64,000 nt of DNA from Clostridia bacterium (GCA_017517745.1 JAFWYJ010000040.1:18453-82452); one strand, 5' to 3'. Shown: positions 44,603 to 54,894, numbered from the stretch's first letter. Notes: generated by a model from the sequence alone, not told the origin. Numbers and translations are program-made.

Positions 44603-44725
44603 AGAAAGCATTACTTTAGCGAACAAGTAATGCTTTCTCTCTTTTTCTTTTGTTAGCAAGGTTCTTGAAAGGATGGGGGTGCGGGGGAAGGAAAAGCTTC
44701 TTTCAAGAAGTTTTCCTTCCCCCGC
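44603..44725. repeat. Composite palindromic repeat, copy 4 (hairpin A, flank, hairpin B; orientation opposite to copy 1)
   Basis: Hairpin A is AGAAAGCATTACTT-TAGCGAAC-AAGTAATGCTTTCT (44603-44638). The flank is GTTCTTGAAAGGATGGGGGTG (44661-44681). Hairpin B is GCGGGGGAAGGAAAAGCTTCTT..AAGAAGTTTTCCTTCCCCCGC (to 44725). Confidence 0.8.
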
Positions 44726-44733
44726 CATATCGT

Positions 44734-47700
44734 TTATTCACTCCTCAACGCTTCGACAGGGTTCCGTCTTGCGGCGAATCCGGCAGGGAAGAGACCTGCG
44801 ATGAAGGTCAGAAACATGCTGATCGCCACGAGGATGATCGCCGCACCCGTGGGCAGAACTGCTTTGAGGGAGGGGATTCCGGTGAGGTTGAAGAGGATGA
44901 TATTGATGATGAGATTGAAGAACAGTGTTGCCAGAATACCGATCAAGCCGGCGGCAAAGCCGACGATGAGAGTTTCGGCGTTGAATACGCGGCGGACGTC
45001 ACGCTTGGAGGCACCGATCGCGCGCAGAATACCGATCTCCTTGGTACGCTCCAACACCGAGATATAGGTGATGATGCCGATCATGATCGAGGAGACCACG
45101 AGCGAGATCGCAACGAATGCGATGAGGACGTAGGAAATCGCGTTGATGATCGTCGAGACCGAGGACATCATCAGCCCTACCACGTCGGTGTATTTGAGCT
45201 TGTCGGCATCTTCGGCATTGTCGTTGTACTCGGTAATAAAGTCTTCGATCACGTCCTTGGATTCAAAATCCTTGGCATAGAAATTGATCGAGGCGGGAGC
45301 AGCCTTTTCGGCATCTCCCAGCTTTTTGAGCGTGGAATCGTAGGTCGCGTCGGTCTGCGGTGCAAGATTGTAGAGCATTTCCTCCATGCTTGCAAACTGA
45401 TCGTCGGGAATGAAGCCGCCTTGCAGAAGCAGCTTGAAGCTCTCCTCGTTGATGGTCAGGGTTTTGATACGCTCGGTCATGCCCGCGTAGATCGTTTGCA
45501 TGGCTTCTTCACCGCAAAGATCGATCAGACCGAGTGTGGCGGGAACCGTAACCGTGTATCCGTTCACCTCCATCTGTTTTTCCGGCGTACCCATGAGAGC
45601 AATCATTAGTTGCTCATTGGAAAGAATGGGGAGCAGCTTGAGAAAATCTTTTTCCGAAACAGTGACGCTGTTCGGGAATTGGCTGAGAAGCGTCATCAGC
45701 TTTCCGATCTTTTCGCTTTCGGGATCATTCTGCTTGGCAACGTCCATCATGATGGTCAAAAGCTCGGTGCGGAAGTCGCTTGGCATGATCGCGAAGAACC
45801 CAAGGAAGGATTCCCGATTGTTGACCTGCAGTTGTCCCGCAAATTCGGGATTTTGCAAAATCTGCTGTGTCATATAGGCATAGAGCTTTTCCATGGTGGC
45901 ATCGTCCACCTTGTCGATCAGCTCTTGAATGTTTTCGCGGGTGTAGACCGTTCTCTCAAACTTCAAGCCCGTCAGGACGTTGTAGTCGGGGGTTGCTTTT
46001 TGCTGATTGAGAATTTCGCTTTCTCGGTTCTTTTCGAGGATGAGGTCGGTCAGTCCCTTGGTATATCCGATCGCACCCGAAATCGAGGTCGCGGTCGCGC
46101 CCTCACGGGGACGCACGATGCCCGAAATCTTGAGCTTGGTGCCGTGCTCGGTTACGAAGGCTTCCTGATCGAATACCCCTTCGCGAAGATCTTCCCAAAC
46201 GGGATATTCAACGCCGTCGACCGTGTAGGTCGAACCCTTCTTTTCTTCAAAGAAGTCCGATGTGTTGAGGAGCATGAACTCCATGCCGAGGAAGTCGCTC
46301 AGATCGTAGGGCTCCAGCGGTGTGGTGTCATATTTGCCGTTGGTCATCAGCTCGGTCATGATCTCCTCCAATTCTCCCTGATCGAGTACGCCCAACATAT
46401 AGAGTGCCATTTTGCTGATCTGGTTGTTTTCGCTGACAACGAGAACCACCTCGTTGGCGTTTTGCGGCCAACGGCTGTCCTCGCCAACCAGCTCGTATTG
46501 CTCATCAAGAAGTGCTTGGTTGTTGATCATTTCCGACATGACGTTAAAGCCCTTGCTTGCGCCGCCCATCGAATTCATCATCTCGCCGATGCCAGAGAAG
46601 GCGTCGCCCATGTTGTCGAAGATCGTGGTGGGGCTGACCTGTGTTTTTCCGTCTCCGGTAAAGATCTGCAGATCGAAGTCGTAGGTGCGCTGAATGTCAA
46701 GCACCGAATCTTTGATGCGATCGTAATTTTTCTCGAGGTGTTCGTTGAACTTGACGAGGTTGTTCTTGGTGGTGGCACTCATTGCCGCCATCATGGTACC
46801 CATCGAGTCATCGACGTAGATCTTGTTGGGATCGGTCTGCGATGCCTGCAATTCACTGACTTCCGTCATCGCGGAGAACAGCGCGCTGTAATCCTGTGTC
46901 TCTCCCTGGATGGTCAGCGGATAGGTCGAAAGGGTATCTCTTTGCACCGCGTTGATATAGTTGTTCACACCCGTCGAGACCGAAAGGATGAGCGCGATAC
47001 CGATGATACCGATCGAGCCTGCGAAGGAGGTCATAAAGGTGCGCGTTTTCTTGGTCATAAGGTTGTTGAGCGAGAGCGAGAGCGCGGTGAAGAAGGACAT
47101 CGAGCGTTTCTTTCCGCCCTTTCTTTGCGCTTCGAGCTTCGCCGCTTGCTTTGCCGCCTTCTTTTGCGCACGCGCCAAAGCCTTTTCGTCCGTGACGTCC
47201 CCGAGATCGGCTGTGACGTCTGCCTCCTCGGAGGTGTAGGGATTGGAATCGTCGGTCACGCGTCCGTCGAGAATGCGGATGATGCGGTTGGCGTACTGAT
47301 CGGCAAGCTCGGGATTGTGTGTGACCATGATGATGAGCTTGTTCTTGGAGATGCTTTGGAGGATCTCCATGATCTGCTCGCTCGTCTTGGTGTCGAGAGC
47401 GCCGGTCGGCTCGTCGGCAAGCAGAATGTCGGGATCGTTGACCAGCGCGCGGGCGATCGCGACGCGTTGCATCTGTCCACCGGACATTTGATTGGGCTTC
47501 TTTTTGAGCTGATCGCCAAGTCCCACCTGTTTCAATGCCTCCACAGCGCGGGCGCGACGCTCACGCTTGGAAATACCCGAAAGCGTCAGCGCAAGCTCGA
47601 CGTTCGCAAGCACGGTCTGGTGGGGAATGAGGTTATAGCTCTGAAAGACGAAGCCGATCGAGTGATTGCGATAGGTGTCCCAGTTGGCATCGTTATAGTG

Positions 47701-47910
47701 CTTGGTCGAGATGCCGTTGATGACGAGATCTCCGTCGGTGTACTGATCGAGGCCGCCGACGATGTTGAGCAGCGTGGTCTTTCCGCATCCGGACGGACCG
47801 AGAATGGCAACGAATTCGTTTTTGCGGAAATCGAGCGAGACGCCGTCAAGCGCGCGGACGGTTGATCCGCCGGTGGTATAGTCTTTGACGATGTTTCTAA
47901 GCTTGAGCAA
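44734..47910 (-). CDS. Fused ABC transporter: N-terminal ATPase plus MacB/FtsX-type permease with a large extracytoplasmic domain
   Basis: Motifs are GPSGCGKTTLL, LSGGQMQRVAIARAL and ILLADEPTGALD. The C-terminus has the FtsX 4-TM pattern. A TTG start at 47910 lies 8 nt after AGGAGG; the track start at 47985 has no RBS. Confidence 0.85.
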   Translation of the reverse strand: MLKLRNIVKDYTTGGSTVRALDGVSLDFRKNEFVAILGPSGCGKTTLLNIVGGLDQYTDGDLVINGISTKHYNDANWDTYRNHSIGFVFQSYNLIPHQTVLANVELALTLSGISKRERRARAVEALKQVGLGDQLKKKPNQMSGGQMQRVAIARALVNDPDILLADEPTGALDTKTSEQIMEILQSISKNKLIIMVTHNPELADQYANRIIRILDGRVTDDSNPYTSEEADVTADLGDVTDEKALARAQKKAAKQAAKLEAQRKGGKKRSMSFFTALSLSLNNLMTKKTRTFMTSFAGSIGIIGIALILSVSTGVNNYINAVQRDTLSTYPLTIQGETQDYSALFSAMTEVSELQASQTDPNKIYVDDSMGTMMAAMSATTKNNLVKFNEHLEKNYDRIKDSVLDIQRTYDFDLQIFTGDGKTQVSPTTIFDNMGDAFSGIGEMMNSMGGASKGFNVMSEMINNQALLDEQYELVGEDSRWPQNANEVVLVVSENNQISKMALYMLGVLDQGELEEIMTELMTNGKYDTTPLEPYDLSDFLGMEFMLLNTSDFFEEKKGSTYTVDGVEYPVWEDLREGVFDQEAFVTEHGTKLKISGIVRPREGATATSISGAIGYTKGLTDLILEKNRESEILNQQKATPDYNVLTGLKFERTVYTRENIQELIDKVDDATMEKLYAYMTQQILQNPEFAGQLQVNNRESFLGFFAIMPSDFRTELLTIMMDVAKQNDPESEKIGKLMTLLSQFPNSVTVSEKDFLKLLPILSNEQLMIALMGTPEKQMEVNGYTVTVPATLGLIDLCGEEAMQTIYAGMTERIKTLTINEESFKLLLQGGFIPDDQFASMEEMLYNLAPQTDATYDSTLKKLGDAEKAAPASINFYAKDFESKDVIEDFITEYNDNAEDADKLKYTDVVGLMMSSVSTIINAISYVLIAFVAISLVVSSIMIGIITYISVLERTKEIGILRAIGASKRDVRRVFNAETLIVGFAAGLIGILATLFFNLIINIILFNLTGIPSLKAVLPTGAAIILVAISMFLTFIAGLFPAGFAARRNPVEALRSE

Positions 47911-48020
47911 TGGATTTGCCTCCTGACTTTTTAGAAGAATGAAAATATTGTAACACGTTTTTTTAAAGTGAATATGAACATCCACTCATTATTTTTATGA
48001 TTTTTGTAAACGAAAAATCG

Positions 48021-49793
48021 TTATTTGTCGGATGCTGTCACAGCTCCCGAAAATTGGCTGAAATAAAGGTGATGGTAGAAGCCTTTTTGAGAGAGAAGTG
48101 TGGCGTGATCGCCCTGCTCAATGATCTTGCCGTCTTTCATGACGAGGATCACGTCGGCGGACTCGATGGTGGAGAGTCTGTGCGCGACGATGAAAGAGGT
48201 TCTTCCTTGCATCATTTGCGCGAAAGAATTTTGAATCTTGAGCTCCATACGCGTGTCGATTGACGAGGTCGCCTCGTCGAGGATCAGCATCGGCGGCAGG
48301 GCAAGCATCACGCGGGCGATGCAAAGCAGCTGCTTTTCTCCTTGCGAGAGGGTTCCGCCGTTCTCGCCCAGCACCGTGTCATAGCCTTGCGGCAGACGCT
48401 TGATGAAAGAGTGGATGTGCGCTGCCTTTGCGGCGGCAACAATCTCCTCCTCGGTGGCGTCCGGGCGGCTCATGGCGATGTTTTCCCGCACGGTCGCGGC
48501 GCGAAGCCAGGTGTCCTGAAGCACCATGCCCCAGGATGCTCTCAGAGAATCGCGCGTGACGTTGCGAACATCGGTTCCTTCCACGCGGATCTCTCCCGCC
48601 TTGACGTCATAAAACCGCATCAGAAGATTGATGACCGTGGTCTTTCCGCAACCCGTCGGACCGACGATCGCGATGCGCTGTCCCGGTTTCACCGAGAGAT
48701 TCAGATCACGGATGAGGTCCTGCTCGGGAGTGTAAGAGAACGCCACGTTTTCGAGATCGACGTTTCCGTCGACCGAATCCAGCACACGCGCATCGGATTT
48801 GTCCGGGACGATCTCAGGTTCGTCCATCATCTCAAAGAGGCGTGCCGCGCAGGCAAGCGCATTTTGAAGCTCGGTCAGAACGCCCGAAATTTCGTTGAAG
48901 GGCTTGGTGTATTGGTTTGCATAAGAAAGAAATACCGAAAGCTGCCCCACGCTGAATCCTTGGCCGCCGATGACCATCAACGCGCCCGTCAGAGCCACGC
49001 CCGCATAGACCAGATTGTTGACGAATCTCGTGCAGGGATTGGTCAGGGAAGAGAAGAAGGTCGCGCGCAAAGAGCATTTGCCCAGCCTCTCGTTGATCTC
49101 GTTGAACTCCTCCTCGGCCTCGTCCTCACGCCCGAAGGCAACGACAACCTTGTGATTCGTGATATACTCATCGATCATTGCGGTTTGCTCGGCGCGGGTT
49201 TCGGATTGCTTTTTGAACATCGAATAGGTTCGCTTTGAGATGAAGGATGCCACAAAGAGCGAGAGCGGCGTGACGAGGATCACGACCAAAGCGATGCCGG
49301 GACGGATGACGAGCATGATGATCAACGTTCCGAAAATGGTCAGAATTCCCGTGAAGAATTGTGAAAAGCCCATCAGAAGACCGTCTGTGAACTGATCGAC
49401 GTCGGTCATCATGCGGCTGACGATCTCACCCACCGAATGGGAGTCGAGATAGGAAAGAGGAAGCCGTTGCAACTTTTCAAAAGCATCGCGTCTGAGCTTG
49501 CGCACCATTCCGTAGGTGATGCGGTTGTTGATGACGTTCATCACCCATTGACAGATTGCCGAGATCACGGTGCAAACCCCGATCTGCGCGGCAATGAGCA
49601 TCACCTGCGGGATGTTGACTTTTCCTTCGTCGACGATCAAGTCAATTGCTTTACCCGTCAAAAACGGGGTGTAGAGCGTGATCGCCACGGTCGCGGCGGC
49701 GAGAAGAAGAGAGAGGATCAGTGCCGGTCGATAATGCCGCAGATCTCGCAGGATGCGACGGAGGGTAGAGGAATCAAAGCCTTTGTTTTTCAT
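48021..49793 (-). CDS. ABC exporter, fused permease/ATPase (half-transporter, partner B)
   Basis: A six-TM N-terminal domain is followed by GPTGCGKTT, LSQGEKQLLCIARV and LILDEATSSID. Confidence 0.85.
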   Translation of the reverse strand: MKNKGFDSSTLRRILRDLRHYRPALILSLLLAAATVAITLYTPFLTGKAIDLIVDEGKVNIPQVMLIAAQIGVCTVISAICQWVMNVINNRITYGMVRKLRRDAFEKLQRLPLSYLDSHSVGEIVSRMMTDVDQFTDGLLMGFSQFFTGILTIFGTLIIMLVIRPGIALVVILVTPLSLFVASFISKRTYSMFKKQSETRAEQTAMIDEYITNHKVVVAFGREDEAEEEFNEINERLGKCSLRATFFSSLTNPCTRFVNNLVYAGVALTGALMVIGGQGFSVGQLSVFLSYANQYTKPFNEISGVLTELQNALACAARLFEMMDEPEIVPDKSDARVLDSVDGNVDLENVAFSYTPEQDLIRDLNLSVKPGQRIAIVGPTGCGKTTVINLLMRFYDVKAGEIRVEGTDVRNVTRDSLRASWGMVLQDTWLRAATVRENIAMSRPDATEEEIVAAAKAAHIHSFIKRLPQGYDTVLGENGGTLSQGEKQLLCIARVMLALPPMLILDEATSSIDTRMELKIQNSFAQMMQGRTSFIVAHRLSTIESADVILVMKDGKIIEQGDHATLLSQKGFYHHLYFSQFSGAVTASDK

Positions 49794-51523
49794 GCCTCGT
49801 CACCTCCTTTTTGGAATTGAGAGTCATAAATTTCACGGTAGACCTCACAGCTCTTGAGAAGCTCCTCGTGTGTTCCCACACCGACCGACTCACCGTCCTC
49901 AAGCACCAGAATGACGTCGGCGTGTTGCAGGGAAGAGGTCCGTTGAGAAATGATGAACACCGTGGGATGGTTGGGAAGCGAGCGGATCGCCTGACGGAGC
50001 GCGGCGTCGGTCGCATAGTCAAGTGCGGAGGAACTGTCATCGAGGATCAGGATCTCGGCTTGCCTTACCAGCGCACGCGCGATCGTCAATCTCTGCCGCT
50101 GACCGCCCGAAAAGTTTCGTCCGTTCTGCGCGACGGGGGCATCAAGCCCTCCTTCTTTGGCTTCGATGAAGTCCTTTGCCTGCGCCGCCTCCAGGGCAGC
50201 CCAGAGCGTTGCGTCATCGGCACCCTCGTTGCCCCAAAGGAGATTGGAGCGCACCGTTCCGCGAAAAAGCACTGCTTTTTGCGGTACGATCGCGATCTTG
50301 TTTCTCAGTTCTTCGATCGGATAAGAACGAACGTCTCGTCCGTTGACGAGCACACGTCCCTCGGTCGCGTCATAGAAACGTGGGATGAGATTGATCAAAG
50401 AGCTTTTGCCGGATCCGGTCGATCCGATGATGCCAACCGTGGTACCGCGCGGAATTTTGAGGTCGATTCCGCTGACCGACGGCGCGGCGTTGTTTTCATA
50501 GGTCAAGCCGACACCGCAAAGGGCAACGGCGAGGGAAGTGTCGCCGGATGTGTCGGTTTGGATCGTCTCCTGTCCCGCCGGCGCGCTCAATACCTTTTCC
50601 ACGCGGTCACCGCAGGCGATCGCCTTGTTGACGAGAATGATCGTGTTTGCGAATTTCACCAGCTCCACGAGAATCTGTGCCATGTAGTTTGTCATCGCCA
50701 CGACCTCGCCCTGTGTCATCTCGCCGATCTGTACCAGCTCCGCCCCCGACCAAAGGAGCAGGATCACACCTGCATTGACCAGGATCAACGTCAGCGGATT
50801 CATCAAAGCCGAGATCCCTCCGACGTGATTCTGCGCGCGGTTGTGCTCCTCGTTGGCTGCCCGGAATCTTTCGTTTTCGGAAGCTTCCTTGCCCAACGCG
50901 CGGATCACGCGCACACCGGTCAGATTTTCCCGCGTGACTGACGTGACGCGGTCAAGATTCTTTTGCACGCCTTGGAAGAGCGGTACTGTTTTGAGCATGA
51001 TCGTAAAGACCACCGCTGCGAGCAAGGGGATGACGATCACAAAGACCAACGCACTCTGCGCGTTGACGGTAAATGCCATGATCATTGCACCAAACACCAC
51101 AACGGGGGAGCGCAAAAAGAGGCGCAGTGTCATGTTGACACCCGATTGTAGCTGATTGACGTCGGCGGTTATGCGCGTGATCATCGTCGACGTTCCGACG
51201 CGGTCGGTTTCTTTGTATGAGAATTTTTGAATGTGAGAAAACAGATCCCGTCGCAGATCGGTGCTGAATCCTACCGCCGCGCGCGCCGCGTAATATTGTG
51301 CCACCAGAGCGCAGAGCATTCCGACGATCGCAAAGACGATCAAAACGCCAAAGCCCGCGAAGATGTCGGTTTTCCCCTGATCGCCCTTGGCAATGCCAAC
51401 GTCGATGATATACTTCACCACCAACGGAACGAGCAGGTCAAAAATCGCCTCCAAAAATTTGAAAAGAGGACTGATGACAACTTCTTTTTTATATGGCTTG
51501 AGATATCCCAGCAGTCGTTTCAT
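49790..51523 (-). CDS. ABC exporter, fused permease/ATPase (half-transporter, partner A)
   Basis: GSTGSGKSS, FSGGQRQRLTIARAL and LILDDSSSALD are present. A 4-nt overlap with the downstream partner suggests a heterodimer. Confidence 0.85.
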   Translation of the reverse strand: MKRLLGYLKPYKKEVVISPLFKFLEAIFDLLVPLVVKYIIDVGIAKGDQGKTDIFAGFGVLIVFAIVGMLCALVAQYYAARAAVGFSTDLRRDLFSHIQKFSYKETDRVGTSTMITRITADVNQLQSGVNMTLRLFLRSPVVVFGAMIMAFTVNAQSALVFVIVIPLLAAVVFTIMLKTVPLFQGVQKNLDRVTSVTRENLTGVRVIRALGKEASENERFRAANEEHNRAQNHVGGISALMNPLTLILVNAGVILLLWSGAELVQIGEMTQGEVVAMTNYMAQILVELVKFANTIILVNKAIACGDRVEKVLSAPAGQETIQTDTSGDTSLAVALCGVGLTYENNAAPSVSGIDLKIPRGTTVGIIGSTGSGKSSLINLIPRFYDATEGRVLVNGRDVRSYPIEELRNKIAIVPQKAVLFRGTVRSNLLWGNEGADDATLWAALEAAQAKDFIEAKEGGLDAPVAQNGRNFSGGQRQRLTIARALVRQAEILILDDSSSALDYATDAALRQAIRSLPNHPTVFIISQRTSSLQHADVILVLEDGESVGVGTHEELLKSCEVYREIYDSQFQKGGDEA

Positions 51524-51840
51524 GTGTCTCTTTTTCCTCCCTCTGTTAATATTTATTGATCACTTTATATCTTTTCTATTATACATCTTTTTCATCGCGA
51601 TTGATAGCACAGCGCCATGAATTATCTGTGAATGATTTGTGAAGATAGATCCTCTTTTCTGAAGAGAGGGTTTTGAAAAGCGGCGTTCGATCGAGACTGC
51701 ATTTTTTTGAAATAGTTGAAAACTCCACCTTTTCGATAGCATACTCTATTGACAGAATGCGCGTTTATCATGTATCATAATAACGGTATGACTGCCGATC
51801 ATATCCCCGAAAAAGCGAACAGAAAAGGAGGACAGCGTGT

Positions 51841-52154
51841 ATGAAAACCAGAATTTGGACTCGGTTGCTGTTGATTTTTCTCTTGGGGGCGATATTGCTT
51901 GCGCCGAGGCAAATGATCCTGCCAAGGATCCCGACTCCTCGAGAATGATTCCTTTGATTTATGATAGCCTTTATTTTGACAGCGCGTGGACCAACCCCGG
52001 ATTTTCCGCGAATGCCAGCAACCAGTTTGGCTATTACATCCAACAAAAAAACAAGAGTATTTCGGCAAAAATGGTATCCTACGCCAATATGAAGAGTTTT
52101 GTCAATGAGATTAAAAAGCTCCACTTGAACATCAAAATCGGAAATTCCAGATAG
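51841..52154 (+). pseudogene. Small secreted-protein gene split between two frames at a G5 run (frameshift, phase-variable, or assembly error)
   Basis: The ATG at 51841 is 9 nt after AAGGAGG. It encodes a signal-peptide-like MKTRIWTRLLLIFLLGAILLA and stops at 51948. The rest of the ORF (to 52154) is in the frame of the GTG at 51837. One extra G in GGGGG (51885-51889) would join the two frames. Confidence 0.4.
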
Positions 52155-52155
52155 A

Positions 52156-52210
52156 AAAACCAACGCGAGGGCGTCTTGCAAGATGCCCTCGCGTTGGTTT
52201 TCTTTTTGAT
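52156..52210. terminator. Strong bidirectional intrinsic terminator
   Basis: AAAACCAACGCGAGGGC (52156-52172) pairs with GCCCTCGCGTTGGTTTT (52185-52201). It is followed by CTTTTTGATTTTTT and lies between convergent genes. Confidence 0.8.
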
Positions 52211-52220
52211 TTTTTGTTCG

Positions 52221-53783
52221 TTATTCAATGCCTTCTGCTTCGGTGAACTCTGCCATATCTCTCATGGAGAACGCGACGTGGATCTGGCAATTGATCCAGT
52301 AATTCCGTTTGCCCTCCGCACAGTTTTCACCAACCCAGAACGTGGGACTCTGACCGGTTTCGAGATCCATTCTTCGCGTCACGGTGTCGGCAAGCGTCAA
52401 TGCCTTTTCCAGATAGAGTCGCTCGCCCGTCAAGCGGTACATATTCGTAAACGCCGTCAGGATCGTTGTGGTGCTGGAATCGATCGGCACGTAGCAGAAA
52501 TACTGCTCAAGACCGGCAGGCGTGTGGTGGGGCTCCATCTTCGCGTTGGGATCCCAACGGGGGAACTCACCCCAAAGCACAAATTGATCCTCCACGTAGC
52601 GCATCAGATCGACCGCCTCGGCAACCATTTCGCGGTTGTCGGACATGTGATTTGCAATATAACCGATCATCTTGTTCGCGGCAAAGTGCGTCAGATTGCG
52701 GTAATTGCCCGAGACCTTGACGTCCTCGAACTGACCTTCCCATTTGTAGGTCTTGAGGCAGGTCTCTTTGATGTAGTTGAAGTGCGCCAATTCAAGCTCT
52801 TGCCAGACTTTGTCGCCCGTCATGTCGTGGAGTTTGTGGAAAAATTCAACGAATCGGAATTCGATGCAAATGTTATTGGTAAGAGGCTTGCCCGTCTTGC
52901 CATCAAAGAGCAGATACCAGCTTCCGCAAGGAAGGATCGTTTTCTTATAATATTCCGCGATGCGCAGGGCGGCTTCCCAATATTTCTTGTCACCCGTTGC
53001 CTCGTAAAGGTCCACGAACGCGCCTGCCGCGGACACGGGATAGATCATCATCGTGGTACCCAAACAACCCTCTGCGGCGGGTGCGACCTTTCCGACCGCC
53101 TCCGCGTCAAGCCCTTCGAAGGAATACGTGGGAGGCAGGAAGGCGAGCGGTTCACCCTCGGCGGGGGTGATCGAGAGCAGATAATCCGCCGCGCGGCGAG
53201 CCAGCTTGATGGCGTTTTCGGCATTTGCCGGCTCGAGCTTTGCGTATGCGATCATCGCTCTGACAATGCTTGCAATCGTTTTGGAGGGATATGCGTTGTG
53301 GGCGTAATCGGGCTGCGGAACGCCGTGCTCAAGCCAATACTGAACCGCGTGATCCCGATAGACGTAGCGCAGTGCCATCAGGGCGCACTCGCGATAGGTG
53401 CAAGCCTTGGGGGGATATGCGGTGCGTCCGGGGAAGGGGGCGCACTTATAGAAGGTTCTCACGCCCGCAAGGTGCAAGACGTTGTCCTCACGGTCGAGTG
53501 CCTCAACGGTGAGATAGACCAAGCCTTCGGGAATCTCTCCCCAAACGGGAGCGAGAGACGCCTCGGGAGATTCCGATACAAACGTGTGGAGCGCGCCGTT
53601 TTTATCCTTTGCCGTATAACGGAATTTGCGCTCCTTCGGGAGCTTGGGAAAATAGAACTTGGGAGCAAACATAAACTGAGAGGAACTTAAGTTCCAGTAG
53701 GGTCTGCCGCCCACGCCGCCGGGATGCGCCATGGTTTCTTCGCCGTTGTATTCAAGCAAGGCTTGCGCTGCATATTGATCCAT
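52221..53783 (-). CDS. 520-aa cytoplasmic protein of unknown function (aromatic-rich; possibly a carbohydrate-active alpha/alpha-toroid fold)
   Basis: It is a long ORF with sense-like codon usage. It has no signal peptide and no motif I can assign. The opposite-strand ORF (52176-53690) has antisense-type composition. Confidence 0.6.
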   Translation of the reverse strand: MDQYAAQALLEYNGEETMAHPGGVGGRPYWNLSSSQFMFAPKFYFPKLPKERKFRYTAKDKNGALHTFVSESPEASLAPVWGEIPEGLVYLTVEALDREDNVLHLAGVRTFYKCAPFPGRTAYPPKACTYRECALMALRYVYRDHAVQYWLEHGVPQPDYAHNAYPSKTIASIVRAMIAYAKLEPANAENAIKLARRAADYLLSITPAEGEPLAFLPPTYSFEGLDAEAVGKVAPAAEGCLGTTMMIYPVSAAGAFVDLYEATGDKKYWEAALRIAEYYKKTILPCGSWYLLFDGKTGKPLTNNICIEFRFVEFFHKLHDMTGDKVWQELELAHFNYIKETCLKTYKWEGQFEDVKVSGNYRNLTHFAANKMIGYIANHMSDNREMVAEAVDLMRYVEDQFVLWGEFPRWDPNAKMEPHHTPAGLEQYFCYVPIDSSTTTILTAFTNMYRLTGERLYLEKALTLADTVTRRMDLETGQSPTFWVGENCAEGKRNYWINCQIHVAFSMRDMAEFTEAEGIE

Positions 53784-53901
53784 TTTTTGTCTCCTTTTGC
53801 TTTCAAAGAGTTGTGTTTTTTGGATTTGATTATCACGAAGCCATTATAGCATATATTTCAAAAGATGTCAAGCCTTTCACTCCGATTGAAAAAGATAAAA
53901 T

Positions 53902-54360
53902 CTATCTTTTTTTCATCCCCACAAACGAACCTGCGATCGAGAGAAGGAGAAAGCCGACGTGAAGCAGACACGAGAGCCAGGACGTATAGGCAGAGGCGTA
54001 GGGACGGAAGAAGAGCGATGCGAGGATCATCAAGAGCATCATCGCAGAGCCGTTGAGCATCCCACACAGAAGCGCGGAACGTTTGTGGATGCGGATGGCG
54101 ATCAGACCGCCGAAAAATGCGGTCAGTGCGGCACAGACAATGCCGAGCGGACGCGTGAGACTGTCGGGGTCGGGGGAAAAATAGGCGGCAAGAGAAGAAA
54201 CCAAAGCGAGCGCAAGTGCGATCGCGGCGGTCAAAAGCAGACTTTTTCCGACGTGCCGCACAAGAGAAGCGGGGGAATCGGTCTCGGGTATGCTTTTTTT
54301 GCTTGGATGGGGCGTGTGTCGTTTTTTGGCGGGCGGACGACGTGTTGCTTGCTTCATCAT
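53902..54360 (-). CDS. Small polytopic membrane protein (TIGR04086-like)
   Basis: A basic N-terminus is followed by four hydrophobic helices. The family assignment is from memory. Confidence 0.55.
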   Translation of the reverse strand: MMKQATRRPPAKKRHTPHPSKKSIPETDSPASLVRHVGKSLLLTAAIALALALVSSLAAYFSPDPDSLTRPLGIVCAALTAFFGGLIAIRIHKRSALLCGMLNGSAMMLLMILASLFFRPYASAYTSWLSCLLHVGFLLLSIAGSFVGMKKR

Positions 54361-54433
54361 AAAAAGAAACCTCCGTTAGAAAATGCTGTTAAAGCATATT
54401 CAAACAGAGGTCTTTTTATTCCAGGATCGGAGA

Positions 54434-54763
54434 TCAATCCTGAGCGTCTTCCGCCTTGACGTCGACGCGGCTGACCGCACTTTTCAGAATGCGGATCTTG
54501 GTTTTGTCGTGAGCACTTTCGATGACACAGGTCTCTTCCTTGATGCTGACGATCTTGCCGATGATACCACCGATGGTGGTGATCTCATCGCCGACAGCAA
54601 GGTTGTTGCGCATGTTGTTGGCTTCCTTTTCCTGCTTTTTCTGCGGACGAATGCCGAAGAAATAGAACGCAACGAACATGACCAACAGCATACCGATGGT
54701 CAGAAGTCCCGATCCACTTGATCCCGTAGAAGCGGTTTCCATCAGAGAAACAATCAGATTCAT
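54434..54763 (-). CDS. yajC: Preprotein translocase subunit YajC
   Basis: YFFGIRPQKKQEKE...GDEITTIGGIIGKIVSI is present. The ATG at 54763 lies 8 nt after AAGGAAGG. Confidence 0.85.
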   Translation of the reverse strand: MNLIVSLMETASTGSSGSGLLTIGMLLVMFVAFYFFGIRPQKKQEKEANNMRNNLAVGDEITTIGGIIGKIVSIKEETCVIESAHDKTKIRILKSAVSRVDVKAEDAQD

Positions 54764-54894
54764 AAAAATTTCCTTCCTTTCAAAACATTGCATCATATTA
54801 TAAGCCTTTTTTTCGGAATATACAAGAGGGAAATTGTAAATATTTTTAGCAAATGCATTTTTTTCGAAAAAAGAAGAGAAAAAAAGAAGAGTTC

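Noticed and set aside
44650-45609. A 319-aa plus-strand ORF starting inside repeat copy 4
   Set aside because: It begins in the palindromic repeat and then runs antisense to the FtsX permease domain. Its composition is D/E/G/R-rich and typical of antisense sequence.
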